Made by a program: the position numbers and the translations under genes. 64,000 nt of DNA from assembly GCA_965652295.1 (NCBI GenBank), contig CBFGTS010000014.1, forward strand, positions 1 through 64,000. Direction: 5' to 3'. Under the pieces are notes generated by a model. That model had not been told where the DNA came from and searched no databases. It saw only the letters and a program-made list of their open reading frames with translations. Every line of letters begins with the position of its first letter. The first letter of the stretch is position 1. Of the stretch, positions 32,678 through 42,928 are shown piece by piece. The DNA is from an uncultured Haloferula sp. Its GTDB lineage: Bacteria; Verrucomicrobiota; Verrucomicrobiia; Verrucomicrobiales; Akkermansiaceae.

Positions 32678-34531
32678 ATGACCGACGATTCACGCTACCC
32701 CCCGATCGCGGAATACGGCGTGATCGGCGACCTCCGGACCATCGCCCTGATCGGTCCGAACGGCGCGGTCGAGTCGATGTGTTTCCCTGATTTCGACTCG
32801 CCTTCGATCTTCGCAGCGCATGTCGATCGGGAAAAAGGCGGTCGTTTCCAGATCGAGCCGGTGCTGGAGAACCGAGCGGAGAAGCAGCTCTACATTCCGG
32901 ATACCAATGTGCTGATCACCCGCTTCCTGTCGGAGGAAGGGGTGGCGGAAGTCTCCAGCTTCATGCCCTTGGGCGAACCCGAGGAAAACCTGCCGCAGGC
33001 CCTGGTCCGACGCGCCAAGAGCGTGATCGGCGAAGTGAACTTTTCGATGACCTTCGCGCCGCGTTTCAACTACGCCCGCTCCGGCCACCGGATCGAGCGG
33101 GTGGATGAAAAGACGCTGGTTTTCCTTTCCGAAGGTGGGGACGAACTGCGCCTCAAGCTGCACTGCAGTGTGCCGGTGGAAATCCGCGGCGACGATGCGG
33201 TCGCAGATTTCACTCTGAAGGAAACCGAACACGCCTCGTTCGTGATGGAGTGCCTGGGCGACGACGGCTCGAGCCGCTGCAGCGAGAAGAACTACGCCGC
33301 GGACTCCTTCAAGGAAACCTGCAACTTCTGGCGACGATGGATCGGCCGGTGCAGCTACAACGGCCGCTGGCGCGAGACCGTCCATCGCTCCGCCCTGGCG
33401 CTGAAGCTTCTGACCTCGCGGAAATACGGCTCGATCATCGCCGCGCCGTGCTTCGGTTTCCCCAACGAGATCGGCGGCGTGCGCAACTGGGACTACCGCT
33501 ACACCTGGCTGCGCGACGCCTCCTTCAGCACCTACGCATTGATGCGGCTCGGCTTCACCGCGGAGGCCGGCGCTTTCATGAACTGGCTCGAGGACCGCAT
33601 CATCGAGGATGAGGACGACGCCACCTTGAAAACCATGTATCGCATCGATGGCTCCGACATCGGCGGCGAGTTCCACCTCGACCATCTCGAAGGCTACCGG
33701 CAATCGCGCCCGGTGCGCATCGGCTCGACCAACCACGACCAGCAGCAGCTCGACATCTATGGCGAGGTCATGGACTCGATCTATCTCTACGACGCCGCCG
33801 GCTCCCCCGTTTCCCACCGCCTCTGGCGAAACATCGTGGAGATCGCCGGCCATGTCTGCCGCCACTGGGACGAGCCGGACGCCAGCATCTGGGAAGTCCG
33901 CAGCGGCGGCCGCCATTTCCTCTACTCCCGCATCATGTGCTGGGTGGCGCTCGACCGCGCCATCCGCCTCGCCCGCAAGCGCGGACTCCCCGGGCCGGTG
34001 GACGCCTGGGAAAAGCAGCGCGACGCAATCTACACGGACGTTTTCCGAGAGTTCTGGGATCCGGAACAGCAAGCCTTCGTCCAGTTCAAGGGCGGCAAAG
34101 CACTCGACGCTTCCTCGCTCATCATGCCGCTGGTTCGCATGATCAGCCCCACCGATCCGCAGTGGACCGCTCACCTTGCCGCCGTCGAGCGGACGCTGGT
34201 CCACGACTCGCTGGTAGATCGCTACAAGGTCGGCGAGGCCTTCTCCGACTGTCTCCAGGGAAACGAAGGCAGCTTCTCGATCTGTTCCTTCTGGTATGTT
34301 GAGTGCATCTCCCGCGGAGGCGACCTGCAGAAGGCGAGGTTGATGTTCGAGAAGATGCTCGGATACGCCAGCCCTCTCGGGCTTTTCTCCGAGCAGCTCG
34401 GCAAGCGCGGCGAGTGCCTCGGCAACATCCCGCAGGCGTTCTCCCACCTTGCCCTGATCAGCGCGGCGTTCGACCTCGACCGCCGGCTCAGCTTGGAGCC
34501 TTCGGCGAAAGTCAGCGGAGGAAAGGGCTGA
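32678..34531 (+). CDS. Glycoside hydrolase family 15 (trehalase/glucoamylase-like)
   Basis: YGVIGDLRTIAL, RNWDYRYTWLRDAS, QLDIYGE, IWEVR, GNIPQAFSHLALI. Confidence 0.9.
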   Translation: MTDDSRYPPIAEYGVIGDLRTIALIGPNGAVESMCFPDFDSPSIFAAHVDREKGGRFQIEPVLENRAEKQLYIPDTNVLITRFLSEEGVAEVSSFMPLGEPEENLPQALVRRAKSVIGEVNFSMTFAPRFNYARSGHRIERVDEKTLVFLSEGGDELRLKLHCSVPVEIRGDDAVADFTLKETEHASFVMECLGDDGSSRCSEKNYAADSFKETCNFWRRWIGRCSYNGRWRETVHRSALALKLLTSRKYGSIIAAPCFGFPNEIGGVRNWDYRYTWLRDASFSTYALMRLGFTAEAGAFMNWLEDRIIEDEDDATLKTMYRIDGSDIGGEFHLDHLEGYRQSRPVRIGSTNHDQQQLDIYGEVMDSIYLYDAAGSPVSHRLWRNIVEIAGHVCRHWDEPDASIWEVRSGGRHFLYSRIMCWVALDRAIRLARKRGLPGPVDAWEKQRDAIYTDVFREFWDPEQQAFVQFKGGKALDASSLIMPLVRMISPTDPQWTAHLAAVERTLVHDSLVDRYKVGEAFSDCLQGNEGSFSICSFWYVECISRGGDLQKARLMFEKMLGYASPLGLFSEQLGKRGECLGNIPQAFSHLALISAAFDLDRRLSLEPSAKVSGGKG

Positions 34532-35116
34532 TCAGCAGCCGGGTTCGAAGTAGATCGCGGTGATTTCCCCCGCCGATTCCGCGTTGAGCAGGGCTTTCGC
34601 CCGATCGCCGTGCATCGTCGCGCTCCCGTCGGGTTCGACCTCCTGCTGCTCCATTTCCGAAAGTCTCACCGCCAGCTTGTCTCCCTCCGGCCCGGTTACC
34701 GTGCGCTCGAGCTGGCGGACGCAACTCCCAGCATCATAGTAGAAGCGGCGCTCCGTGCGGGTATCAATCGTCTTCGGGTCCTCGGTCGTGCCGCCGGGGG
34801 CGAACTGCCACGAATCCGTCACCTCATAGACGAAGAACAGGTCGCCGTTTCGGAAATAGTAGTGATCCGTGCCGCCGCCGTGGTCACCCGCCGTGTAATC
34901 CACGGTCACCGAGGCCAGTCCGTCGGCATAGTGCCGCACCGTCGCCTTCCCCGTGAAGAGGTCGTCCGCCACCTCCAGCTCGTAGGTCTTCATGCTGACG
35001 GGCTGTCCTTCATCGATGGCCGCATACCATTTCCGGATCTGGGAAACTCGGTCTTCGACGTCTGCGGAAGCCAGGGAAACGGCGGCTGCCAGGGCGATCA
35101 CCACATTTGTCATCAT
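34532..35116 (-). CDS. Secreted hypothetical protein
   Basis: 194-aa ORF with signal peptide filling the gap between the GH15 and GH43 genes. Confidence 0.7.
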   Translation of the reverse strand: MMTNVVIALAAAVSLASADVEDRVSQIRKWYAAIDEGQPVSMKTYELEVADDLFTGKATVRHYADGLASVTVDYTAGDHGGGTDHYYFRNGDLFFVYEVTDSWQFAPGGTTEDPKTIDTRTERRFYYDAGSCVRQLERTVTGPEGDKLAVRLSEMEQQEVEPDGSATMHGDRAKALLNAESAGEITAIYFEPGC

Positions 35117-35218
35117 GCCGGATCATGAGCGGAAATCCGCAGCAAGGGGAAGGGGAATGAAATCCGCCCGAAAATGACGCTGAACCCCTGTAAGCCGCCA
35201 TCGGGCCGGAGAGTATCC

Positions 35219-36811
35219 ATGGCACCCAAGATGCGCCTTATCCGATTCCTCGTCCCCTTGCTCGCAGCCGTCCCGGTCTTCGCCGCTCCCACTTTCACCA
35301 ACCCCATCGCCGAAGGCGCGGACCCCTGGGTCACCCGCCACGACGGGCGGTATGTCTGGTGCCAGGCCCCGGGAAACCGCGGGGTGACGCTGTGGATTTC
35401 CGACTCGCTCACCTCGCTCGGCACCGCCCATGAAATCTGGAAAGCCCCTGAGACCGGTCCCTACTCGAAAGAAGTCTGGGCTCCGGAAGCCCACTTCATC
35501 GACCGCCACTGGTACATCTACTTTGCCGCCGACGATGGCAATAACGCCAATCACCTCGCCTACGTGCTGAAGTCGGAAGGCTCCGACCCTCTCGGGAAAT
35601 ACGAGCTGCACGGTCCTTTCGCCACCGGCGGGGGGGCGGACGGAAAATCGCCCAACATCTGGGCGATCGACATGACCGTGCTCGATCACGAGGGCAAACT
35701 CTACGCCATCTGGTCCGGCTGGGACGCGCCCGGCACCGACCGCCAATACCTGTACATCGCGCCGATGAAGTCGCCCGTGGAACTCGCCGGGCCACGCGTG
35801 CTGCTCTGCGACAACGACGACTACCTCTGGGAGCGCACCGAGGAAACCGAAAGCTCCCGCGGCCTGAACGAAGGAGCCCAGGTGCTGAAGCACCAGGACC
35901 GCACCTTCGTCGTGTATTCCTGCGGCGCGTCGTGGGACACGACCTACAAGCTCGGCATGCTCGAACTGACCGGCCCCGATCCACTCGACCCGCGGAGCTG
36001 GAAAAAGTTCCCCGAGCCGGTTTTCAAAAGCACCGGAGAAACCTACGGCGTCGGCCACGGGTCGTTCGTGAAAAGCCCGGACGACCGCCAGTGGTGGCAC
36101 GTGTATCACGCCAAGCGCTCGCCCGACCACGGCTGGCAGCGCGCGATCTTTGCCCAGCCGTTCAGCTTCACGGCCGAAGGACTTCCGGATTTCGGCACGC
36201 CGGTCGCACCGGGCTCGAAGATCGACGTGCCTTCCGGAACGCGCATCCCGGAAATCTCCCTGCCCTACCGCGCCAGCCTCACCCGCTATGCCGGACAGAA
36301 CGACTTCTCCTACTACGGCCATCAGCAGTTCTTCGGGTTCCGCGCGGACGGCGTGCACCTCGGCGTGGTCCCGGAGGCTCCGGTCAACGGCTACCGCTCC
36401 GGCGAAAAGCTGATCCTCGAGGGTAGCGATTTCACCGATATCCGGGCCGAGGTGGACATCGAATTCGTCCAAGGCGACCGCGATGCCGGCATCGTCTTCC
36501 GCGTCACCGATCCAAGCGTCGGTTTCGATGCCCAGAAGGGCTACTTTGCCGGCGTTTTGCCGGGCCAGCAGGCGGTGCTCCTCGGTAAAATGGACGGCCG
36601 CACGTGGACCGAACTCGCCCGCTCACCGGTGGAAATCGGGAACCGCAAGGCCCGCCTCGAAGTCACCGCCCGGGGCGAAGACATCACCATTGCCGTGGAC
36701 GGAAAAATCCTCATCGAAACCCGTGACGCCACCTGGACACGCGGCGCGATCGGACTACGCGTGGTGGACACCCACGCCGCTTTCCGCAACCTTTCCGTCG
36801 CGCGCCCATGA
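35219..36811 (+). CDS. GH43 glycosidase with C-terminal DUF1080-like domain
   Basis: NPIAEGADPWV, VWAPEAH, WAID, NEGAQ, GVGHGSF. Confidence 0.9.
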   Translation: MAPKMRLIRFLVPLLAAVPVFAAPTFTNPIAEGADPWVTRHDGRYVWCQAPGNRGVTLWISDSLTSLGTAHEIWKAPETGPYSKEVWAPEAHFIDRHWYIYFAADDGNNANHLAYVLKSEGSDPLGKYELHGPFATGGGADGKSPNIWAIDMTVLDHEGKLYAIWSGWDAPGTDRQYLYIAPMKSPVELAGPRVLLCDNDDYLWERTEETESSRGLNEGAQVLKHQDRTFVVYSCGASWDTTYKLGMLELTGPDPLDPRSWKKFPEPVFKSTGETYGVGHGSFVKSPDDRQWWHVYHAKRSPDHGWQRAIFAQPFSFTAEGLPDFGTPVAPGSKIDVPSGTRIPEISLPYRASLTRYAGQNDFSYYGHQQFFGFRADGVHLGVVPEAPVNGYRSGEKLILEGSDFTDIRAEVDIEFVQGDRDAGIVFRVTDPSVGFDAQKGYFAGVLPGQQAVLLGKMDGRTWTELARSPVEIGNRKARLEVTARGEDITIAVDGKILIETRDATWTRGAIGLRVVDTHAAFRNLSVARP

Positions 36812-39285
36812 CCCGTTTCCTTCCCCTGCTCGCCCTGCTCGTCTGTCCCGCCATGGCCCAGCGGTCGCCGGTCCCGAACCGCGAGCCGCTCCAGCCCGTG
36901 CCGATGAACGCCCTGCCGCTCGGCAGCGTCAAACCCGGGGGCTGGTTGCGCACCCAGATGGAACTCCAGCGCAACGGCCTCACCGGCCACGCTGAGGAGC
37001 TGCTACCGGCGGTCTCCCCGGATTCTGCTTGGCGCGGAGGCAAGGGCGAGGACTGGGAAAAGGGCCCCTACTACGTCAAGGGCCTGATCCCGCTGGCCTG
37101 GGGCCTCGACGACCCGGCGCTGAAGGGCGAGGTGCTCCATTGGATCGAGCCGATCCTCGCCAGCCAGCGTGACGATGGCTTCTACGGCCCTTCCAGTAAT
37201 GATGACTGGTGGCCGCGGATGGTCGTGAACTACCTGTTGCGGGACTATCACGAAGCCACGGGCGACGAGCGCGTGCTCTCCTTCCTCACCCGCTATTTCC
37301 AGCACATGGGCCGGGAGTTGCCGGGCCGGCCGCTGCGCGATTGGGGGAAGTCCCGCGCGGGCGATGACATCGACACGATCCTCTGGCTCTACAACCGCAC
37401 CGGGGAAAAATCGCTGCTGCCGGTGGCGAAGCTGCTGGCGGAGCAGGCTTACCCGTGGACGGAGATTTTCACCCACAACCGGTTCCTGACCTACGAGGAG
37501 TTCCAGCCCCGCCATGGCGTGAACATCCCCCAGGCCCTCAAGATGCCGGCGGTGTTCTCGCAGCTCTCGGGAAACGAAAAAGACCGCCAGGCATACGCCG
37601 CGGGCCATGAGAACCTGATGCGCGACCACGGCCTGCCGGTCGGCATCAACTCCGGCACCGAGTTCCTCGCCGGGCAAAGCACCGTTGCCGGCATCGAACT
37701 CTGCTCGGTCGTCGAGCGCATGCTCAGCGATGCCACCGTGGCGCGCATCCTCGGGGATCCCTCGATCCAGGACCATCTCGAGCTCATGGCCTACAATCTC
37801 CTGCCCGGCTCGCTCTCGCCGGACATCCACCAGCACGTTTACTATTGCGTCCCGAACAACGTCATCGCCGCCTTCGGACCGAAGGGCTACGATCAGGATC
37901 ACGCCAACGCCACCAACCCCTCGCCGATCTCCGGTTTCCCCTGCTGCTGCTACAATTTCCACATGGGCTGGCCGAAGCTCGCGCAGAACGCATGGACGGC
38001 CACCGCGGACGGAGGGCTGGCCCCGCTGATCTACGCACCCACTACGGTAAGCACCGTACTCCAGGACGGGACGAAGATCCGCATCGAGGAAAACACCAGC
38101 TACCCCTTCGGCGATGAGATCACCTTCATCTTCCACCCGGAGAAGCCCGCAAGCTTCCCATTCGCCTTGCGGAGGCCGGCATGGTGCGACGCACCCACGT
38201 TGACGCTCAATGGCGGTGAGTTGGAATTTTCAGAACGCATCGAACGCGAGTGGCAGGAGGGCGACACGCTCGTGCTGAAGCTGCCCCGGAAGGTCGAGGC
38301 CTTCCCCGGCGTCAAACACACCGTTTCCTTCCGCTACGGTCCGCTGGTGCTTTCGCTGAAGATCGACGAGCACTGGCAGTCGATCGCCAAGTCGCCGATC
38401 GAGAGCTTCGACTCCTTCCGCATCGAGCCGACCTCGCCTTGGAACTACGCGCTCGATGTGGAGGCAGACGACCCCGCCCGCTCGGTGGAAGTCGAGGTTT
38501 CCCCGCTGCGCGGAAATCCCTTCGACCCGCGGGAGACGCCGATCCATGCCAAGGTGAAGGGCAAGCGCCTGCCGCAATGGGATCTGGCCTGGCATGGCCG
38601 GCTCGCGGACGACCCGCCGACCAGCCCGGTCCACTCTGACGAACCGCTGCAAGACCTCACGCTGGTTCCCTTCGGCAGCCAAATGCTGCGCCTGACCAGC
38701 TTTCCGGTGCTCGGAGGGGAGCAAAGAACTCCGGAGACGTTCAGCGATGACTTTTCCGATGGCGACCATGAAGGCTGGCTGACCTACGGCGGAAGCTGGT
38801 TCGTGCTCGACGGCCGCCTGCAGCCCGCGACCAACGCCCATTCCGGCTCGTTCGGTTCCCACGGCGTCAAGGCGGTCGCGGTCGATACCGACTTCTCCGA
38901 CCTCGAATACGAAGGCGTGGTCTCGATCGGTGACGCCGGCGACTCCGGCCTGATTTTCCGCATCCACGATGCGGCGATCGGAGCCGACGCCTACTGCGGC
39001 TACTACGCCGGCATCCGCGCTACCGACGACCGCGTGATCCTCGGCAAGGCCGACGGCGACTGGACGGAGCTCGCCACCTATCATGGCCCCATCGATGCCG
39101 ATCACGATTACCTGCTGAAAGTCGAGGCGATCGGCCCACAGATCCGCGTATTCCTCGACGGCAAGCTCGTGATTGACGCCCGGGACGAGCAGTTCCAGTC
39201 CGGCATGATCGGCGTGCGGAACTACAGCTCCCAGCCCGACCGGTTGCTGGCCCAGTTCACGAAACTCAAGGCGGTGGCCCGGTAG
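36808..39285 (+). CDS. GH127-like beta-L-arabinofuranosidase with C-terminal DUF1080-like domain
   Basis: LPLGSVKPGGWL, WEKGPYY, HGVN, ELCSVVE, PCCCYNFHMGWPK, ENTSYPF. Confidence 0.85.
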   Translation: MTRFLPLLALLVCPAMAQRSPVPNREPLQPVPMNALPLGSVKPGGWLRTQMELQRNGLTGHAEELLPAVSPDSAWRGGKGEDWEKGPYYVKGLIPLAWGLDDPALKGEVLHWIEPILASQRDDGFYGPSSNDDWWPRMVVNYLLRDYHEATGDERVLSFLTRYFQHMGRELPGRPLRDWGKSRAGDDIDTILWLYNRTGEKSLLPVAKLLAEQAYPWTEIFTHNRFLTYEEFQPRHGVNIPQALKMPAVFSQLSGNEKDRQAYAAGHENLMRDHGLPVGINSGTEFLAGQSTVAGIELCSVVERMLSDATVARILGDPSIQDHLELMAYNLLPGSLSPDIHQHVYYCVPNNVIAAFGPKGYDQDHANATNPSPISGFPCCCYNFHMGWPKLAQNAWTATADGGLAPLIYAPTTVSTVLQDGTKIRIEENTSYPFGDEITFIFHPEKPASFPFALRRPAWCDAPTLTLNGGELEFSERIEREWQEGDTLVLKLPRKVEAFPGVKHTVSFRYGPLVLSLKIDEHWQSIAKSPIESFDSFRIEPTSPWNYALDVEADDPARSVEVEVSPLRGNPFDPRETPIHAKVKGKRLPQWDLAWHGRLADDPPTSPVHSDEPLQDLTLVPFGSQMLRLTSFPVLGGEQRTPETFSDDFSDGDHEGWLTYGGSWFVLDGRLQPATNAHSGSFGSHGVKAVAVDTDFSDLEYEGVVSIGDAGDSGLIFRIHDAAIGADAYCGYYAGIRATDDRVILGKADGDWTELATYHGPIDADHDYLLKVEAIGPQIRVFLDGKLVIDARDEQFQSGMIGVRNYSSQPDRLLAQFTKLKAVAR

Positions 39286-39331
39286 GTTCCCGTCATCGAC
39301 ACGGCGGCGTGACCAACCTAGCTTCGCCGCC

Positions 39332-39736
39332 GTGAGCACCACCGACCTGACCCTTCTCGGCCACTCCGAAAACCGGCTGCCGTCGTCGCCGGACGAGGCC
39401 AAACTCGAGACCTTTCCCAACTGCCGGCCCGGACGCCGCTTCTGGATCCACCTCGACTGCCCGGAGTTTTCATCCCTCTGCCCCGTGACCGGCCAGCCGG
39501 ACACCGCGCACATCGTCATCCGCTACGTCCCCGCCGAGCGCTGCGTGGAAACGAAGTCGCTCAAATTCTACATGGCCTCCTACCGCAACACGCCGGCCTT
39601 CAACGAGGAAATCGTCAACCGCATCCTCGATGACCTCGTGGCCGCGCTGGACCCTGCGGAGCTGCATGTTTCCGGGAAATTCGGTGCCCGCGGCGGCATC
39701 CAGCTCACCTGCGAGGCCAGCCACCCCGAGGCATGA
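39332..39736 (+). CDS. queF: NADPH-dependent 7-cyano-7-deazaguanine reductase
   Basis: PEFSSLCPVTGQPD, VETKSLKFY, RGGI. Confidence 0.95.
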   Translation: MSTTDLTLLGHSENRLPSSPDEAKLETFPNCRPGRRFWIHLDCPEFSSLCPVTGQPDTAHIVIRYVPAERCVETKSLKFYMASYRNTPAFNEEIVNRILDDLVAALDPAELHVSGKFGARGGIQLTCEASHPEA

Positions 39737-40419
39737 AAACCGTGGTCCTCCTCAGCGGCGGGATGGACTCCGTCACCGCCTTCCACCAAGCGCTCGACGA
39801 GCACGAAGTCGTGGCGGCGCTGTCCTTCGACTACGGCTCGAAGCACAACGCGCGGGAGATCCCCTTCGCCCGCCGCCACGCGGAAAAAGCCGGGGTGCGT
39901 CACGAAACCATCGACCTCGGCTTCATGGACCGGCATTTCCAGTCCGACCTGCTGACCGGCGGTGGGGAGATCCCCGACGGGCACTACGCGGAGGAAAACA
40001 TGAAGCGCACCGTGGTTCCCTTCCGCAACGGCATCATGCTGGCCGTCGCCTGCGGCTTCGCCGAAAGCACCGGAGCCGACGCGTTGGTGATCGCCGCGCA
40101 TTCGGGCGATCATGCCGTTTATCCCGACTGCCGCGAACCTTTCATGGCCGGCATGGCGCAGGCGATGCGCGAGGGCACCTACGCCCGGATCGAGTTGCTG
40201 CGTCCGTTCATCGCCATGGACAAGGCGACGATCGCCCGCCGCGGCGCGGAACTCGGCGTGGATTTCGCGGAAACCTGGTCGTGCTACAAGGGCGGCGAGA
40301 TCCACTGCGGCACCTGCGGCACCTGCGTCGAGCGCCGCGAGGCCTTCCAGCTCGCCGGCCTGCCGGACCCCACCCGCTACCTCGCCACGCCTCCGCTGCC
40401 GGACGCCCCCGAGAGCTGA
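39733..40419 (+). CDS. queC: 7-cyano-7-deazaguanine synthase
   Basis: LLSGGMDS, VPFRN, YPDCR, TWSCY...HCGTCGTC. Confidence 0.95.
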   Translation: MKTVVLLSGGMDSVTAFHQALDEHEVVAALSFDYGSKHNAREIPFARRHAEKAGVRHETIDLGFMDRHFQSDLLTGGGEIPDGHYAEENMKRTVVPFRNGIMLAVACGFAESTGADALVIAAHSGDHAVYPDCREPFMAGMAQAMREGTYARIELLRPFIAMDKATIARRGAELGVDFAETWSCYKGGEIHCGTCGTCVERREAFQLAGLPDPTRYLATPPLPDAPES

Positions 40420-40506
40420 AAAGACGAACCGGCCGCCGCGCGTCGCTCCCCGGGCACCACTCTTGCGTTGCCCGCGAGGGCGGGTAAGCTCCGCGCAATC
40501 TCTCTC

Positions 40507-41343
40507 ATGACGCGCCACGCCATTCCTTTCCTCATCCTCACACCCGCGCTGATCCTGCCGGCCGCGGCGCAGGACGCGCCAGCGGCGGAAGGGGTGAGCT
40601 TCGACTTCATGCAGCTCATCGACAGCGGCGGGCTCATGATGTACCCGCTCGCCCTGCTCTCGGTGGCCGCGATGGTGCTCATCCTGCTCTACCTGCTCAC
40701 CATCCGCCGCAACGCCGTGGTCAGCGATCGTTTCATGGACACCGCCGAAGCCCTGATCCGGAAGCGCGACTTCCAAGGACTCATCGGCTACTGCCACCGC
40801 CAGAGCCAGTGCATGGCTAGGATCACGCAAAAGAGCCTTGAGTTCTTCACCCGCAACGACGCCGCCTCCTTCTCCGAGGTCCGGCAAATCGCGGAATCGG
40901 AAGGTTCGCGACAAGCCGGCATCCTCGGCTCCCGCATCACCTACCTGGCGGACATCGGCTCGATCGCCCCGATGGTCGGCCTGCTCGGCACGGTCATCGG
41001 CATGATCCAGAGCTTCCTTTCGATCTCCCAAGGGCATTTCGAGGGTGTGAAGCAAATGGAGCTGGCGTCCGGCGTCTCGCAGGCGCTCATCACCACCGCC
41101 GCCGGGCTCAGCATCGGCATCCCGGCACTGGTCTTCTACTCGCTCTTCCGCGGCCGCGTGCAGCGCTACGTTTCCGAACTGGAAGCCGCCACCACGCACC
41201 TGATGGCCATGCTCCACTCCCAGCTCCACCTGCAGCAGCCGGACAAAAAGCAACCGGAGCCCCCGCAGCGCCGTGCCGATGAATACGCCATGCCGCTGCC
41301 CTCTCCGCTGGCTGGTGAGCGGCCCGATCTCCACGGCATCTGA
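40507..41343 (+). CDS. exbB: MotA/TolQ/ExbB proton channel protein
   Basis: APMVGLLGTVIGMIQSF, GVSQALITTAAGL. Confidence 0.85.
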   Translation: MTRHAIPFLILTPALILPAAAQDAPAAEGVSFDFMQLIDSGGLMMYPLALLSVAAMVLILLYLLTIRRNAVVSDRFMDTAEALIRKRDFQGLIGYCHRQSQCMARITQKSLEFFTRNDAASFSEVRQIAESEGSRQAGILGSRITYLADIGSIAPMVGLLGTVIGMIQSFLSISQGHFEGVKQMELASGVSQALITTAAGLSIGIPALVFYSLFRGRVQRYVSELEAATTHLMAMLHSQLHLQQPDKKQPEPPQRRADEYAMPLPSPLAGERPDLHGI

Positions 41344-41762
41344 TGAAGTTCCAGAACCGAGTTCCGCCGCCCGCCGGCATGCAGTTGGCACCGATGATCG
41401 ACATCGTGTTCCTGCTGCTCATTTTCTTCATCGTCACCTGGCAGTTCTCCCGCGAGGAAATGGATCTGAAGATCGCCGTGCCCACCTCCGAGGAAGGTGC
41501 CGATCCGCAACGCGTCCTCGGCGAGATCATTCTCAACGTCCGCACCGATGGCACCGTCTCGGTGTGGGGGCAGACGAAGACCCACGACCAATTGGCCGCC
41601 ACGCTTTCCGAGATCGCCGCCCAGCACAAGAACCAGCCGGTGCGCATCCGTGGCGACGCCGGCACCCCCTTCCAGGAAATCGTCGAGGTCATGGATGTCT
41701 GCCAGCGCGCCGGCATCTGGAACATCTCCTTCGCCACCCAGCAGGCCGGCGAGGCGGAATAG
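41343..41762 (+). CDS. exbD: ExbD/TolR protein
   Basis: LAPMIDIVFLLLIFFIVT, VRIRGD. Confidence 0.9.
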   Translation: MKFQNRVPPPAGMQLAPMIDIVFLLLIFFIVTWQFSREEMDLKIAVPTSEEGADPQRVLGEIILNVRTDGTVSVWGQTKTHDQLAATLSEIAAQHKNQPVRIRGDAGTPFQEIVEVMDVCQRAGIWNISFATQQAGEAE

Positions 41763-41923
41763 CCTCCGGCGCTTGCTGGATAAGACCAAGCCTTGGGGCA
41801 CTTGGTCCCCCATGGTTGCGGTTCAGCGTTTTCACCTGCCCCTTCGGCAACCCGGGTAAAGTTTTACAGACAAATCATCGGCTTTCCGTCATCTAACTTC
41901 TGATAGGCGATGTTTTGTATCCG

Positions 41924-42919
41924 ATGAATTCCGCACCTCTCCCCGCTACCGACGACACCACCACGTTTCTCAACGCGATCCGCGAGCGGGTTGCCACCAT
42001 CGTCGTCGGCCAGGACGTGGTGGTCGAGCGGATGCTCATCGCGCTCCTCACCAGCGGCCACCTGCTGCTCGAAGGCATGCCCGGGCTCGCAAAAACCCTG
42101 CTCGTCAACGCCATGGCCCGCGCCATGCATCTCCAGTTCCGGCGCATCCAGTTCACCATCGACCTGCTGCCATCCGATATCCTCGGCTCCGAGATCCTCG
42201 ACGAACGCACCGGCACCTTCCGCACCCATCAGGGCCCGGTTTTCACCAACCTCCTGCTGGCCGACGAAATCAACCGCGCCGCCCCCAAGGTCCAGGGCGC
42301 CCTGCTCGAAGCGATGCAGGAACGCCGGGTGACCATCGGCAACCAGGGCTATCCGCTGCCCGTGCCCTTCCTCGTCATCGCCACCCAGAACCCGATCGAA
42401 CAAAGCGGCACCTTCGAGCTGCCCGAGGCCCAGCTCGACCGCTTCATGCTCTGCCACCGGCTCGGCTATCCCACGCTTGACGACGAAGAGGAGATCCTCC
42501 GCCGCAACCTTAAACTCGGCGTCCGCAAAGAGGGCAAGGGCGCCGTCGCCAAGACCGAGTTCGACATGATCCGCGACGAAGCGATCGGCACCGAGTCCGA
42601 CCTCGTGGCCGCCATGGAGGCCGTCAACGCGGTTCACGTCAGTGACGTCTTCCTGAAGCACGTCGTCGATGTGGTCGATCGCACCCGCAACCATCCCGAA
42701 CTCGAGCTCGGCTGTTCGCCGCGCGCCGGCATTTCCCTGCTGAAAGCCTCCCGCGCCCGCGCCCTGCTGCACGGCCGGGACTACGTGGTGCCCGAGGACC
42801 TGTTCGCCCTGGCGGAGGACGTCATGCTTCACCGCATCCGCCTCACCTACGAGTCCTTGGCCGAAGGAAGAACCGCCGCGCACGTGCTCCAGCGCATCCT
42901 TGAGGAATCCATCTCCTGA
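41924..42919 (+). CDS. moxR: MoxR family AAA+ ATPase
   Basis: LLEGMPGLAKT, RIQFT.DLLPSDI, LLADEINRA, ATQNPIEQSGTFELPEAQLDRF. Confidence 0.95.
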   Translation: MNSAPLPATDDTTTFLNAIRERVATIVVGQDVVVERMLIALLTSGHLLLEGMPGLAKTLLVNAMARAMHLQFRRIQFTIDLLPSDILGSEILDERTGTFRTHQGPVFTNLLLADEINRAAPKVQGALLEAMQERRVTIGNQGYPLPVPFLVIATQNPIEQSGTFELPEAQLDRFMLCHRLGYPTLDDEEEILRRNLKLGVRKEGKGAVAKTEFDMIRDEAIGTESDLVAAMEAVNAVHVSDVFLKHVVDVVDRTRNHPELELGCSPRAGISLLKASRARALLHGRDYVVPEDLFALAEDVMLHRIRLTYESLAEGRTAAHVLQRILEESIS

Positions 42920-42928
42920 ACCCGGGAC

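Noticed and set aside
39286..39331. preQ1 riboswitch upstream of queF
   Set aside because: Only 46 bp, with no preQ1 stem-loop or A-rich tail
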